Shown here: positions 1-12,538 of the stretch, piece after piece
How positions within the stretch are numbered: position 1 is the first letter of the stretch
Layout of the letters: each line of letters begins with the position of its first letter
Origin: Octopus vulgaris
Taxonomy: Eukaryota
Assembly (NCBI GenBank): GCA_951406725.2
Contig: OX597816.1
Location: 6,448,001-6,512,000, forward strand
Reading direction: 5' to 3'
Length of the DNA: 64,000 bases
Translations under genes and position numbers: made by a program
The notes under the pieces: generated by a model
The model's input: only the letters and a program-made list of their open reading frames with translations
The model's database searches: none
What the model was told of the DNA's origin: nothing

Positions 1-15
1 ATGATGATGATGATA

Positions 16-418
16 GGCGCAGGAGTGGCTGTGTGGTAAGTATCTTGCTTACCAACCACATGGTTCCGGGTTCAGTCCCACTGCGTGGCATCTTGGGCAA
101 GGGTCTTCAACTATAGCCTCGGGCCAACCAAAGCCTTGTGAGTGGATTTGGTAGACGGAAACTGAAAGAAGCCCGTCGTATATATGTATGTATATATATA
201 TATGTTTGTGTGTCTGTGTTTGTCCCCCTAGCATTGCTTGACAACCGATGCTGGTGTGTTTACGTCCCCGTCACTTAGCGGTTCGGCAAAAGAGACCGAT
301 AGAATAAGTACTGGGCTTACATATATAAGAATAAGTCCCGGGGTCGATTTGTTCGACTAAAGGCGGTGCTCCAGCATGGCCGCAGTCAAATGACTGAAAC
401 AAGTAAAAGAGTAAAACG
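16..418 (+). mobile_element. tRNA-derived SINE family A (~400 bp, internal TA/TG microsatellite)
   Basis: GGCGCAGGAGTGGCTGTGTGGTAAG A-box-like head, GGTTCAGTCCC B-box-like motif, CORE-like (C)TTGGGCAAG, tail ...GACTGAAACAAGTAAAAGAGTAAAA; >10 similar copies in the window. Confidence 0.9.
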
Positions 419-420
419 AG

Positions 421-557
421 TATGATGATGATGGTGACGATGGTGATGATGATGATGATGATGAGGAGGAGGAGGAGGGTGATGATGATGATGATGATGA
501 GGATGAGGATGAGGGTGATGGGGATGATGATGATGATGAGGGTGATGATGATGAGGG

Positions 558-593
<36 letters not shown>

Positions 594-890
594 GGATGAT
601 GATGATGAGGATGATGATGAGGGATGATGATGATGATGAGGAGGATGAGGATGGGGGTGATGGGGATGATGATGATGAGGGTGATGAGGATAATGATGAT
701 GAGGATGATGATGATGAGGAGGAGGAGGAGGAGGGTGATGATGATGATGATGATGGGGGTGATGAGGATGATGATGAGGGTGATGAGGATGATGATGATG
801 ATGGTCGTGATGATGATGATGTTGTTGATGATGATGATGATGATGATGATGATGAGGATGATGATGATGATGAGGGTGATGACGATGAAA
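421..890. repeat. Compound (GAT/GAG)n trinucleotide microsatellite
   Basis: Direct inspection; explains the poly-M/D/S/H ORFs. A (CT)n run follows at ~933-988. Confidence 0.95.
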
Positions 891-929
891 GCATTAAGAA
901 ATTCGTGAACATCACAACATCCGATTCCC

Positions 930-989
<60 letters not shown>

Positions 990-1569
990 AACAACCATAC
1001 AGCTAATTATACATTTCACGTCTCCAATTGCAACACTCCAATCAATCGAACTCTATCATATTTGCACAAAATAAATACAATAATAGCCGATTGATTTTTC
1101 GTTGGTATACTTTCAAGTTTCCCCACTTATAATGGCTGCCGTCCTTTCAAAACAAGTTCGAGCTTTTTGTTGTTGTTTTTTTTTGGCTACTTTTGCTGTT
1201 TTTTATTGCATTTTTATGTTTATCTTACTATATTTTTATCCCTATTAGACGTTGCCACTTTCTCTGCTCATTGTTCAAAGCATGAATATATAATCTGCTG
1301 GTCAGCCGTGTTTGATGTTGTTGCAAAAACATGTTATATTTGCTGGTGTTTCTATTCGGCTTTGGCTGTAGGCCACGAATTCTGGGGAGATGGCTATAGG
1401 AGGCGCTGATTCGGTTCCAATAAATGCTTCGTACTCATTGCACGGTCACTACGATGACACTGACTTCGGCGAGAAATGAACTTGCTGCCTGGGGGATAGA
1501 ACTGAAATTAGAAAAGCGTTTAGTCCGGTGATCTACCGATTCTACAGATCATCCCACCAAAATTTCGGT

Positions 1570-1712
1570 CATCATATTCCCCACCATCGTCATCACCGTC
1601 GTCGTCGTCGTCATCATCAACGTCGTCGTCGTCATCGTCGTCATCGTCGTCGTCGTCGTCATCGTCATCGTTGTCGTCGTCATCATCAACGTCGTCGTCC
1701 TCGTCATCGTCG

Positions 1713-1744
<32 letters not shown>

Positions 1745-1916
1745 ATCGTCATCGTCGTCATCTTCATCGTCGTCGTCGTCGTTATCGTTATCGTCATCGT
1801 CAGCGTCGTCATTATCGTTGTCGTCATCGTCATGATCATCATCGTCGTCGTCGTTGTCATCGTCGTCGTCGTCGTCGTTGTCGTCGTCGTCGTCGTCGTC
1901 GTCGTCATCGTCATCG

Positions 1917-1951
<35 letters not shown>

Positions 1952-1988
1952 GTCATCGTCATCGTCATCGTCATCGTCGTCATCATCG

Positions 1989-2020
<32 letters not shown>

Positions 2021-2078
2021 GTCATCGTCGTCGTCGTCATCATCGTCGTCGTCATCGTCATCGTCGTCGTCGTCATCG
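1570..2078. repeat. Compound (CGT/CAT)n microsatellite
   Basis: Direct inspection; explains the poly-R/H/T/S ORFs. Confidence 0.95.
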
Positions 2079-2320
2079 TAATTTGCTGCGACAGGTCACG
2101 TTCCAAACAGCTTCCGCTTGGAAGGCTTTTTCCCATCTCAGATTACTTGATTGAAAAATAGTTTTTTTGATTGTTTTGTTTTTTGTACCCGCAAAGGACT
2201 TTCTTGCACATTCGAACGTCTTCTTGTCACATTCGGCACAAAAAAAGTTTCACCCTTAAAAATGCTTCTTGTACACAGATATTTTAATCAACAATGATAT
2301 CTATGTGCCATAATAGTGAG

Positions 2321-2450
2321 TGAAAGCGCGTGAGTGGGTGGTTGTGGTATCGCATTCACAATCGCCAGATTACAAGTTCGAATCCGGACTGGGGCAGCGT
2401 GTTGTGCTCTTGAGCAAAGACACTTCGTTTCACGTGGCTCAAGTGCCGTT
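2321..2450 (+). mobile_element. Diverged tRNA/CORE SINE head (family D-like)
   Basis: AGTTCGAATCC B-box followed by TGTGCTCTTGAGCAAAGACACTT CORE-like motif. Confidence 0.55.
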
Positions 2451-4071
2451 TGGAGACTGGCATGCCAAAGAATAGACCCAACACCTTTTCTGCGTGTCGC
2501 AAAAAGCGACTAAAAGAGGCTGAGGTAGGATTTGAACTCCGACCTCGTAAAACCCTCACCAGCAACGACCACCCAAACAAATCCGTGAGTTGGAGGATTG
2601 TTGTTTGACCAGCGCAAAGGAGTAGGGAGAAGGATTAGGGAGCCACCAACAAATAGCAATAATGACAATGTCCATGGCCCAACCCCCTTTCGATTTGTTT
2701 CTTTCACTTTTTTTTTATTTTTTGCCACCATATTGTGTCAAACACTTCTGGAATCTACCTTGACAAGCATCATCGTTGTGGAATAACACCACAGTAGCTG
2801 CTTGTTGTTTTCCTACGAATATTTTATGCTAAGACATCCTCATGTCGGCGATGTGCAAGGATGCAAGCCATATCTTTTTGGCCACTCAAAACAGAAAGAG
2901 CCGAAACTGTATTGCAAAGTATATACTCCAAATTCTCATTTTTTTACCCGCTGCACATTGTGACCTTATTGACTAATTAACCGTAGTCTAGTCGACAAAT
3001 TATAGTTTCATACCTTCTCTCATTATAACAATATTGTGTCCAAGAGCCTAAGGCATCACTCACAATTACAGAATTCACCAAAATCTAATTGCAGTCTCGT
3101 AGATTTGACTGTTGAAGGCAGTGTCAGCACTGTAAAACTATCGATTGTATTTTTGGATGACTATACTGGGTACCTTCTATTCCTGGGGGGAGGGGGACAA
3201 TAAGAAATATCTTCCTTGAATCACATGACTATAATAGGTGTCCCTTCAACAAAACTGGCTTGTAAAATTACCCATTCTAAGTACAAGTCAACAGCGGTGA
3301 TCTCCACGTAGTCGCTCGAGCTGTTAGAAATGGCAGGCTAATCTTCCTCAAATCTTGCCCGACCTTCTTAAAATAAAGGCCAAATCGTTTGTTAATGATA
3401 AACAACAGCAAATTTAATACCTTTTCTGGAAACACTATTGATGTTGGAATGATTGTTATGGAATGGTTTACACTTATTTATATTTATTGTGTCGCTTTGA
3501 GTTGGTTTTATTTAATGTCCGTCGGAACAGATTTACCTTTCATCTTTTCCAAGACGGTAAAATAAGAATCGATCAAACACTGGAATCGATTAACATCTCA
3601 ATGACTCTACTCGCTCTTATACTTTATGATCTTGTGATAATGAAAGAACTGGACTTGTTATCTTACCAGACGCTAAAATTAACAAAATTGTAAACGGGCG
3701 CACAAAATAATTATATTTAATTTCATGGTATTATTCATGTTATTGCAGTTGTGTAGCACCAGGTGAGCTCTAATCGAGCGGATCTATGATCAAAATTATT
3801 CCAGGCGTGACTATCACGTCTTAATATTTGGCTACTATCTCTAGTACTTCGTCTGACAACGCCAACTCCTCGTTGCTCGTTGTGAGTTTGCATAAGTTGT
3901 TGAGAGAGAAGAGTGATCTGACGTTTCGGGAGTGACACTTCATCAGGAATAAAATAGAAAGGTTTACATAAAATACTGATATTTTAGCTGGCCCCTTTGC
4001 TTTTGAATTCAAAACCTTCAAACTTTGACATGATTTTTCATCAGTCTTTATTCAATAAATTCAATACTTGT

Positions 4072-4454
4072 CATATTCTTTTATTTGTTTCAGCCATTTG
4101 ACTGCAGCTATGCTGGAGCACCACCTTTAGTCGAGCAAATCGACTTGAGGACTTATTCTTTGTAAGCCTAGTACTTATTCTATCGGTCTCACTTGCCGAA
4201 CCGCTAAGTGACGGGGGCGTAAACACACCACCATCGGTTGTCAAGCGATGTTGGGGGGACAGACACAAACATATACATATATATATACATCTATAGACGA
4301 CGGGCTTCTTTCAGTTTCCGTCTACCAAATCCACTCACAAGGCTTTGGTTGGTCCGAGGCTATAGTAGAAGACACCTGTCCAAGGTGCCACGCAGTGGGA
4401 CTGCACCCGGAACCATGTGGTTGGTAAGTGAGCTACTTACCATACAGCCACTCC
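4072..4454 (-). mobile_element. SINE family A
   Basis: Reverse complement of the 16-418 element. Confidence 0.9.
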
Positions 4455-4687
4455 AAAGCCTATATATGGAAGTTATTGTTGCAAATTAAAGAATTTTATT
4501 ATTGCTACAAATTAAGGAAATATTATTTTTCTTTCGAAGTGGTGATTTGGTATACTTAGTGCTTTAAATACTCCTAAATATTATAAAGTACTTTAAATTG
4601 GGATCTTATCATGGCCCACATTGCTGTTCTCCTTCTGTGGTACATAAATCTTCTAGTATCTGATGTATGCCATCAATATAGGTCAAT

Positions 4688-4935
4688 AAGGCGGCGACCT
4701 GGCAAAGCGTTAGAACGCCGGGCGAAATGCTTAGCGGTATTTCGTCTGGCGTTACGTTCTGAGTTCAAATTCCGCCGAGGTCGATTTTGCCTTTCATCCT
4801 TTCGGGGTCGATAAATTAAGTACCAGTTACGCACTGGGGTCGATATAATCGATTTATCCTTTCCCAAACTTGCTGGCCTTGTGCCAAAATTTGAAACCAA
4901 TATTATTATTATTATTATTATTATTATTATCATGA
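4688..4935 (+). mobile_element. SINE family B, tail variant B2 (...GCCTTGTGCCAAAATTTGAAACCAA + (ATT)n)
   Basis: AAGGCGGCGA.CTGGCA head, GAGTTCAAATTCC B-box, GCCTTTCATCCTTTCGGGGTCGATAAATTAAGTACCAG body. Confidence 0.9.
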
Positions 4936-5129
4936 CAATTTATTTGCTTCATTTTCCGCACTCTTCTCGCGAAACGGCGTCGTTCTGAACTGTTAACGAA
5001 ATGTTCCCAAAGAAAATAAAGAATTCTCCACCTTAATTGAAAGGAGTGGCTGTTTGGTAAGTATGTAGCTTGCTTACGAACCACATGGTTCCGGGTTCAG
5101 TCCCACTCTGTGGCACCTTGAAATCAATA

Positions 5130-5146
5130 TTATTATTATTATTGTA

Positions 5147-5198
<52 letters not shown>

Positions 5199-5330
5199 TA
5201 TGTTTGACTTTTGCTTTATATTTGTACAAGTTGGCTCCAACTCTCACCCAGAGACCTCAAGAGACAACAGGCTGGAAGTTCACGTTGTTGTTATGCCAAG
5301 TGTGCCATATATTTGGAGGGTTTTTTGGTG
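5130..5330 (-). mobile_element. Probable 3' terminus of an R4/Dong-like LINE ending in (TAA)n
   Basis: Minus strand CTTGAGGTCTCTGGGTGAGAGTTGG...CAAACATAG(AAT)n resembles recalled Dong-type 3' ends; flanked by ATT arrays. Confidence 0.45.
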
Positions 5331-5393
5331 TTGTACTAGTGAATGTCTAATAAATATTTTTTTTTAATTATTATTATTAGTAGTAGTAGTAGT

Positions 5394-5449
<56 letters not shown>

Positions 5450-5457
5450 TATTATTA

Positions 5458-5503
<46 letters not shown>

Positions 5504-5504
5504 C

Positions 5505-5712
5505 AAGGTGCCGAGTTGGCACGCTGGGCTAAATGCTTAGCGGCATTTCGTCCATCTCTACGTTCTGAGTTCAAATTCTGCCTAGGTCGATTTTGCCTGT
5601 CATCCTTTCGGGGTTGATAGAATAAATATCAGCTGAGCCCTGGAGGTTGATATACTCGACTCACCCCTTCCACATATATCGCTGGCATTGTGCCAAATTT
5701 TGAAACCAATAT
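5505..5712 (+). mobile_element. SINE family B (B2 tail), diverged
   Basis: Same head, body and tail as 4688-4935. Confidence 0.8.
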
Positions 5713-5976
5713 AACAAATCTCATTAATATAAAACAGTTGCTCATTAAATTACTCACTTTACTTCCACAACGTAATTTGCCCCTAATCCAGAATTAATCC
5801 ACTTTACTCAATCGCAAAATTGAACTCAACTTTCATGACCTTGTTTTCGTTTCTGTATTTCTAATTCACTTAAATTTCTCCTTCCTTTCAAAAAGATCTG
5901 GGCCTAAACACATTACTGTTTCATCTTCGTAAATCTCGATGGTGTTAATATTAGACTGATATAATTAACAGTTATA

Positions 5977-6139
5977 GGCGCAGGGGTGGCTGTGTGGTAA
6001 GTAGCTTGCTTACCAACCACATGGCTCCGGGTTCAGTCCCACTGTGTGGCACCTTGGGCAAGTGTTTTCTACTATAGCCTCGGGCCGACCAAAACCTTGT
6101 GAGTGGATTTGGTAGACGGAGACTGAAAGAAGCCAGTCG

Positions 6140-6194
<55 letters not shown>

Positions 6195-6435
6195 GTGTGT
6201 GTGTGTGTGTGTATTGTGTGTGTGTGTGTGTTGTGTTTGTCCTGCACCATCGCTTGACAACCGATGCTGGTGTGTTTACGTTCTCCCTAACATAGCGGTT
6301 CGGCCAAAAACGACCTATATAATAAGTACTAGGCTTACAAAGAATAAGTCCTGGGGTCGATTTGCTCGACTAAAGGCGGTGCTCCAGCATGGCCACAGTC
6401 AACTGACTGAAACGAGTAAAAGAGTAAATGAGTAA
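5977..6435 (+). mobile_element. SINE family A
   Basis: Full-length similarity to 16-418, with expanded internal (TG)n. Confidence 0.9.
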
Positions 6436-6535
6436 ACAACTGATGAAGCGGTAGCTCTTTTAATAACAACACACTTCAGTAACTATAATCCTTACTGTAT
6501 CACCAATGCCTTGGAGCTACATGTTACGAAATCCT

Positions 6536-6944
6536 ACTCTCTCTTTACTCTTTTACTTGTTTCAGTCATTTGACTGCGGCCATGCTGAAGCACCGCCTTT
6601 AGTCGAGCAAGTCGACCCCGGGTCTTATTCTTTGTAAGCCCAGTACTTATTCTATCGGTCTCTTTTGCCGAACCGCTAGGTAACGGGGACGTAAACACAC
6701 CAGCATCGGTTGTCAAGCAATGCTAGGGGGACAAACACAGACACACAAACATACACACACATACATGTATATATATATACATATATACGACAGGCTTCTT
6801 TCAGTTTCCGTCTACCAAATCCACTCACAAGGCATTGGTCGGCCAGAGGCTATAGCAGAAGACACTTGCCCAAGATGCCACGCAGTGGGACTCAACCCGG
6901 AACCATGTGGTTGGTAAGCAAGCTACTTACCACACAGCCACTCT
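6536..6944 (-). mobile_element. SINE family A
   Basis: Reverse complement copy, tail-to-tail with 5977-6435. Confidence 0.9.
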
Positions 6945-7496
6945 TAGTTTATTTTTACTAAAACTTTTGAGGTAGCTCTTAAAGAATTGATTTTTTTCCC
7001 GTTAAAAATTTAAAAATTTGTCAGTTTTAATAATAATAATACTCTATTAAAGAAACTGACAGTCACAAAATTAGTAAACGAGTAATTAGTAAAAAAAAAA
7101 ATACATTTCATTATTAAAAAATTAAACAGTTATGATCTAAAGACAAAAACTAGAACTTTCGATGTCCTGTCTTGTATATTATGACTAAATAATCATCTTG
7201 GCTCAAGAAAATAATTTGGACGTAGCGATGGTGACTTTCTATGCATTAAACCTTTCTAACACACCAAAAAACTTGCTGCTGGCTGTAGATATAAATGGAA
7301 ACGTACTATTTAATACAGAAGATAAATTATTTAATAATCACATAAATTATTCATAATTCATGTATTTATAGAGGTGAACGTACACAGAGTAGTAGATCAC
7401 GTCATGAGTCATGGAAGTTGAATTTAGTATCGATGTTCTGTTGGCTATTGGCTATTGTCGTTGTCGTTGTCATCGTCGTTGTTTGGCCCCTATATC

Positions 7497-8098
7497 TGTT
7501 ATTTACTACCCACAAAGGGCTAAACATACAGAGGACAAACAAGAACAGACAAACGGATTAAGTCGATTACAAAGACCCCAGTGCGAAACTGGTGCTTAAT
7601 TTATCGAGCCCGAAAGGATGAAAGGCAAAGTCGACCTCGGCGGAATTTGAACTCAGAACGTAACGGCAGACAAAATACCTATTTCTTTACTACCCACAAG
7701 GGGCTAAGCATAGAGGGGACAAACATAGACAGACAAACGGATTAAGTCGATTACAAAGACCCCAGTGCGAAACTGGTGCTTAATTTATCGACCCCGAAAG
7801 GATGAAAGGCAAAGTCGACCTCGGCGGAATTTGAACTCAGAACGTAACGGCAGACAAAATACCTATTTCTTTACTACCCACAAGGGGCTAAGCATAGAGG
7901 GGACAAACATAGACAGACAAACGGATTAAGTCGATTACAAAGACCCCAGTGCGTAACTGGTACTTAATTTATCGAGCCCGAAAGGATGAAAGGCAAAGTC
8001 GACCTCGGCGGAATTTGAACTCAGAACGTAACGGCAGAGGAAACACTGCTAAGCATTTCGCCCGGCGCTCTAACGATTCTGCCAGCTCGCCGCCTTTT
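7497..8098 (-). mobile_element. SINE family B (B1 tail) trimer: one head plus three ~184-bp units
   Basis: Units rejoin at GAAATA|GGTATTT (minus strand); single TSD TTTGGCCCCTATATC at 7482-7496 and 8099-8113. Confidence 0.9.
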
Positions 8099-8214
8099 TT
8101 TGGCCCCTATATCAGCCCCGATCAAGCCGACCCATAACAAGCTTTCCTATATTAACCATCCAGCATTTTGTCCTTCCTCATGTGTTTGTACAACATTTTT
8201 TAATGTATCCTATA

Positions 8215-8617
8215 CTAGCAGTATCGCCCGGCGTTGCTCGGGTTTGTAAGGGAAATAACTATATAAGCATTTTTAGAAAGCTATAGCCAAAAAATAGCAA
8301 AATAATGCATTAAAAATGGGAAAAAAATTATGGTAAATTTTTTTTAAATCGTTGAATCATCGTAGACATTTTTAGAGAGTTACTTCCCTTAAAAATGCAT
8401 TAAAATGGAAAAAATGCATTAAAATGGGAAAAATGATGATAAATTATTTTTAAAATCGTAGACTCATCGTAGACGCGCACTAATACCCAGAAGGGCTCGA
8501 TATGAATCACGACTATAAGATACCCGGTTTTGGTTAAACTGCACCGCAAAATGTGGGAGTAGTTAGGAATCTAAATCGTAGGAGACAGACACACAACTTT
8601 ACTTTTATATATAAAGA
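8215..8617 (-). mobile_element. Non-autonomous Helitron
   Basis: Minus strand starts TCTTTATATATAAAA, ends with CCCGAGCAACGCCGGG hairpin + CTAG, between A and T; homologous to 34234-34739. Confidence 0.85.
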
Positions 8618-8919
8618 TTTTCTAAGACAGTAAGATATGATTTCGGTTAGCTTTAGCAGTTATTTTATAAATTGATGAACGATCATGTAAACTTCCTCCG
8701 TTGTCACAAGTTTGCTTTGTGTTTTTTAACGTTACACATTGTCACTGCTGTGCTTCATTGATCTGTCCAAGATGCCAGATCAATACACAGAATATTCGGT
8801 TTCATATCGATATACCTATCGTTCTGTCAATGGAATCGATCTCTAGTTCCGACCAACGACTGAGTCATAGCTGCTGTTCAACCTTTGATTTCATGTTCAA
8901 CTTTTTGAACTAAACGAGT

Positions 8920-9090
8920 GAGTCTCTATACGGTTTCCCGACCTGCTAGAAATAGCAACTAATTCTTCCTCAGCTTACACTCTGGCGTCTTAAAAAGAAG
9001 ACGCACTGGACAATGGAGTTCTAAGTATACAAAATCAGATTGGATGGGCACCACTAGAGTGACTATGATTATAAGTCAGCCCAGGTCGCG
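8920..9090 (+). repeat. Old interspersed repeat (family E, ...GACCTGCTAGAAATAGCA...)
   Basis: Diverged similar segments at ~3305-3390 and ~59040-59200. Confidence 0.5.
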
Positions 9091-10239
9091 ACTTTGCGAC
9101 AAACAGTGATAACAAAAACGACGGTAATCTTTCATCAAAATTCCCTGCCTTCATTTCTCCTGATTAATAACACGGCGGGAAAACACACTCGGTTTCTGTC
9201 ACGTATACTTTTTCATTTGTGTTTACATCTTTGTTTATACTTTTTTCAGTTAAACAAAATATATCAAGTTTTTTTTTGTTAAGAATCTGTGTATTTTTTT
9301 TGGTTCTTTCCTTATCGTCTTATTGTTTTGTTCTTAATGTTACTATTTTTCTCCGTGCTGTTCACTAAGTCCAAGCTGTTTACACTGATAGTCTGCACGC
9401 TGTGTTAAAGTTTCGCTCTCAATAATGTCGTAATATTGAATAACTTTCCTTTGATCTAAAACAAAACAGACTTTATACATATTTGGGAGATAGCATTTTT
9501 TTTTCCAAACAGCAAAGAATATACGTTTACACTGGTATGAAGATCTCGAACGGCGCCATATGTAGCTTTGTGTAAGATCGTCTGTTTATATGCATAAATG
9601 CATGTATTTACTCACGATCAATATCGGAACGTAGAGTGTCAATGAATTCTGTTGGGTAAGATTTGAATTTCTCAAACAAATGTGTTAACACGATGAATAC
9701 CATTTCCTTTTAAATATATTCAAAAAGTAAATTTGGCAAAATCGTGTGACAGATACTTACTCCTGTGAGACTGAATTTTGATAAATTCGCTCCCAGAAAT
9801 ACGATGTGGATGCAATCCAGCATTCTCTGTACATACACACTTTCATTGTTCTCATATGAAATATCGGATTATGCTAAAACTGAAAATTCCTACATTCATA
9901 ATTGATATCCATATCAGAATAAACTGGAGCTGTCCATTATTCCATGCAGATATCAGCCGGGTAGAAAATCTATGAATGTATAGGTATAAGTTCCAAGTTG
10001 ATAATATCCTTCAGGAAGTAATGAATCTTATATTACATTTCTCCGCCTTTACATATCTAAGGCTTTGAATGTATATGATGTATCACTACAGAAAGCCAGT
10101 TAAAGACTGTTAAACCGACATGTTGAGATCTGTAAAACGCCATAGATTTACAGCCAATCTATATAAAATGAATGTTGTTGTGGGTTGTACAGTTGCCGTT
10201 AAACCAACCACTGAGTTTTGCTTGAGCAGAGTTAACGTA

Positions 10240-10433
10240 CAAGGTGGTATCAAAAGGTTCCCGGACCTGTTATGTTTATTTAAAAATAACTTATTTACCT
10301 AAATTTTAACATCATCTCCTTCGAAATAGTCACCTTGCACAAGACTACACCGGTTCCAGCATTCTTCGCACTTTTGGGAATCCGGCCAAGAAGTCGTTTT
10401 CCGTAAGCGAGTCGAGGACCTTGAGCGATTCAT
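10240..10433 (-). mobile_element. Tc1/mariner right end (TIR plus transposase C-terminus remnant)
   Basis: TA + CAAGGTGGTATCAAAAGGTTCCCGG TIR-like end; minus strand encodes [18 protein letters not shown] and, after frameshift, QGDYFEGD typical of mariner C-termini. Confidence 0.7.
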
Positions 10434-10486
10434 TTTGTGAGTACAACACCTTAACCACTAGACCAGACGCCTTCACACACACACAT

Positions 10487-10598
<112 letters not shown>

Positions 10599-10756
10599 CG
10601 TAATGCTGTCCCTCTCTCTCGTCTAGAACGAATCTAATGTAACACACATGAACATCCTGACATTATTTAAATAAAACCTACTCCGTCTGATTAGCAGTCA
10701 ATCAGCCTCTTCTTCTACCACTACTACAACTACTACTACTACTGCTGCTGCTACTA

Positions 10757-10797
<41 letters not shown>

Positions 10798-10962
10798 ACA
10801 ACTACTAGTACATCTACTACTACTGTGACTTCTGATCAACGAAGCTGCCTCAACTCGTGCCTTCTCCACTTGAACGCAAATGACCAACTCCTCTCTCTCT
10901 CTATCTCTTCTTCTTCTTCTTATTCGAGCCACTCTTACTGTCCATCTTTTCCCCAGCCTTTG

Positions 10963-11080
10963 TCAGTATTCAGTTTGTCCAAGAAAAGCAGCACCATCCG
11001 CACTGACCTCACTGATCTCGGTGGATCCGCAGAAGCAATGGTTAAACCACTTTCCTCCATTATTCTTATTTTTATCGAAT
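10963..11080 (-). CDS. Candidate host coding exon (unverified)
   Basis: Pyrimidine-rich acceptor TTTGATTTTTAG, then open frame FDKNKNNGGKWFNHCFCGSTEISEVSADGAAFLGQTEY*; non-repetitive and more GC-rich than flanks; no recognised homology. Confidence 0.25.
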
Positions 11081-12159
11081 CTAAAAATCAAATAAATGTA
11101 TTTCGACTGATGTTCTTCACAAATGTATACGAAACAAATCTATTTATCTGCCAACTTTGTATTTTACATGTGTGGTGGGGTGGACTGGAGTGAGGTAGAC
11201 AGATAAATAAACGAGAAAGAGAAAAAGAGGAAGAAGTTGAGAAGACGAGAGCGGGGATAGGGTGGGGGTAGATAAATACATCAGGTTTCAGTGAAGAATA
11301 ATGGAAGCAAAATTGTCGCCATTCTTGTTGTCTTTCGGTAAAAATACATCTCAATAATAGAACAATAGTTTGCTTTCCTTTACCGTTTTCCAGTAGTTTC
11401 CTACTTATTTGCATACACTCAAGCAATAAAAAACAAAATTGTTTACGCAAACTTATCTCAAGAATATCGTAGTTAATCGTTATTGTGTTTTATATAAATT
11501 CCTTCAGGTAAAGAGGCATTACGTCCGTTTATTTTGGCGAAATCTTTACTTTTGCAACCAAACAGAAACATTGAGTTTCGAATAGCAAATAAAGAAGATG
11601 GTGGAGCCGCCGATGCCAGAATGATAAAAAGAAAAAAAATGGTAAACATGAGCCGGTCATTATATCAATTATATATCATCCTGCTATTAATACGAAGCTT
11701 TACACTGCTTCTAATGCCTTCCATTTTCCGTCAGGCCTGCTTCGAACAAATTAATTTACATCCTATCCTCTTGCTAGTTTCATGTCCAATGCCAGAATTA
11801 TGTTGCTAATTCATTCCAATTTAGTAATTTTATTCAGCAATACTACTTTCTCCGTGTAGAGTAACTGCATTCCTGTCTTCTTGAACACTTTCAGGAGGCA
11901 ATTTCTGACTAGATTAGATGATGCATTATTCATTAAGGTATGAGTTGTATATTTAATACATTTGTCTGTTTCTGTCAGATTTTGGTTTCATTTGGAAGCT
12001 AAGTCATCGCTCATTATGTTTTGCGATTAGCCAAGAACGGCTAAAACACTCAAGTGTTTTACGGTAGTAGTTTAGCCTGGAAGCACCATAACATAATATT
12101 CCTGTACATAATCTAACGTCTGCCATATAATAAACGTCCCACAATATCCTCATATAAAA

Positions 12160-12538
12160 TAGGTTTGCAAATTTTGCAACAAGGGCAGGAATTTCGGGGT
12201 ATGGGCAAGTCGATTAGATCGACTCCCAGTGCACAACTGGTACTTATTCTATCAACCTTGAAAGAATGAAAGGCAGCGTCGACCTCTGCGAAATTTGGGC
12301 TCGGAACGTTAAAAACGGACGAAATACCACAAGGCATTTTGTCCAGCATATTAACGATTTTGCCAGCACGCCGCCTTAATGTCATTATATTAATATTTCT
12401 TTCTACTAGAGGCACCAGTCCTGAAATTTTGACAGACGGATAAGTCGATGACATCGACCGCAGTGTTTGACTGGTACTCATTTTATCGATCCCAAAAGGA
12501 TGAAAGACAAAGTGGAGCTCGGTGGAATATGAACTCAT
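12160..12538 (-). mobile_element. Two diverged SINE-B (B2-type) copies
   Basis: Reverse-complement B body motifs (CTGGTACT..TT.TATC..CC...AAG.ATGAAAG.CA) at ~12237 and ~12471. Confidence 0.7.

Noticed and set aside
271-2161. Long ORFs of poly-S/H/D/M/R/T/V
   Set aside because: These are translations of trinucleotide microsatellites, open in several frames on both strands, with no complex sequence
7497-8098. SINE-B tandem units as a CRISPR array or a hammerhead retrozyme
   Set aside because: Units are contiguous with no unique spacers and no cas genes; no CTGANGA...GAAA core found on either strand of the unit
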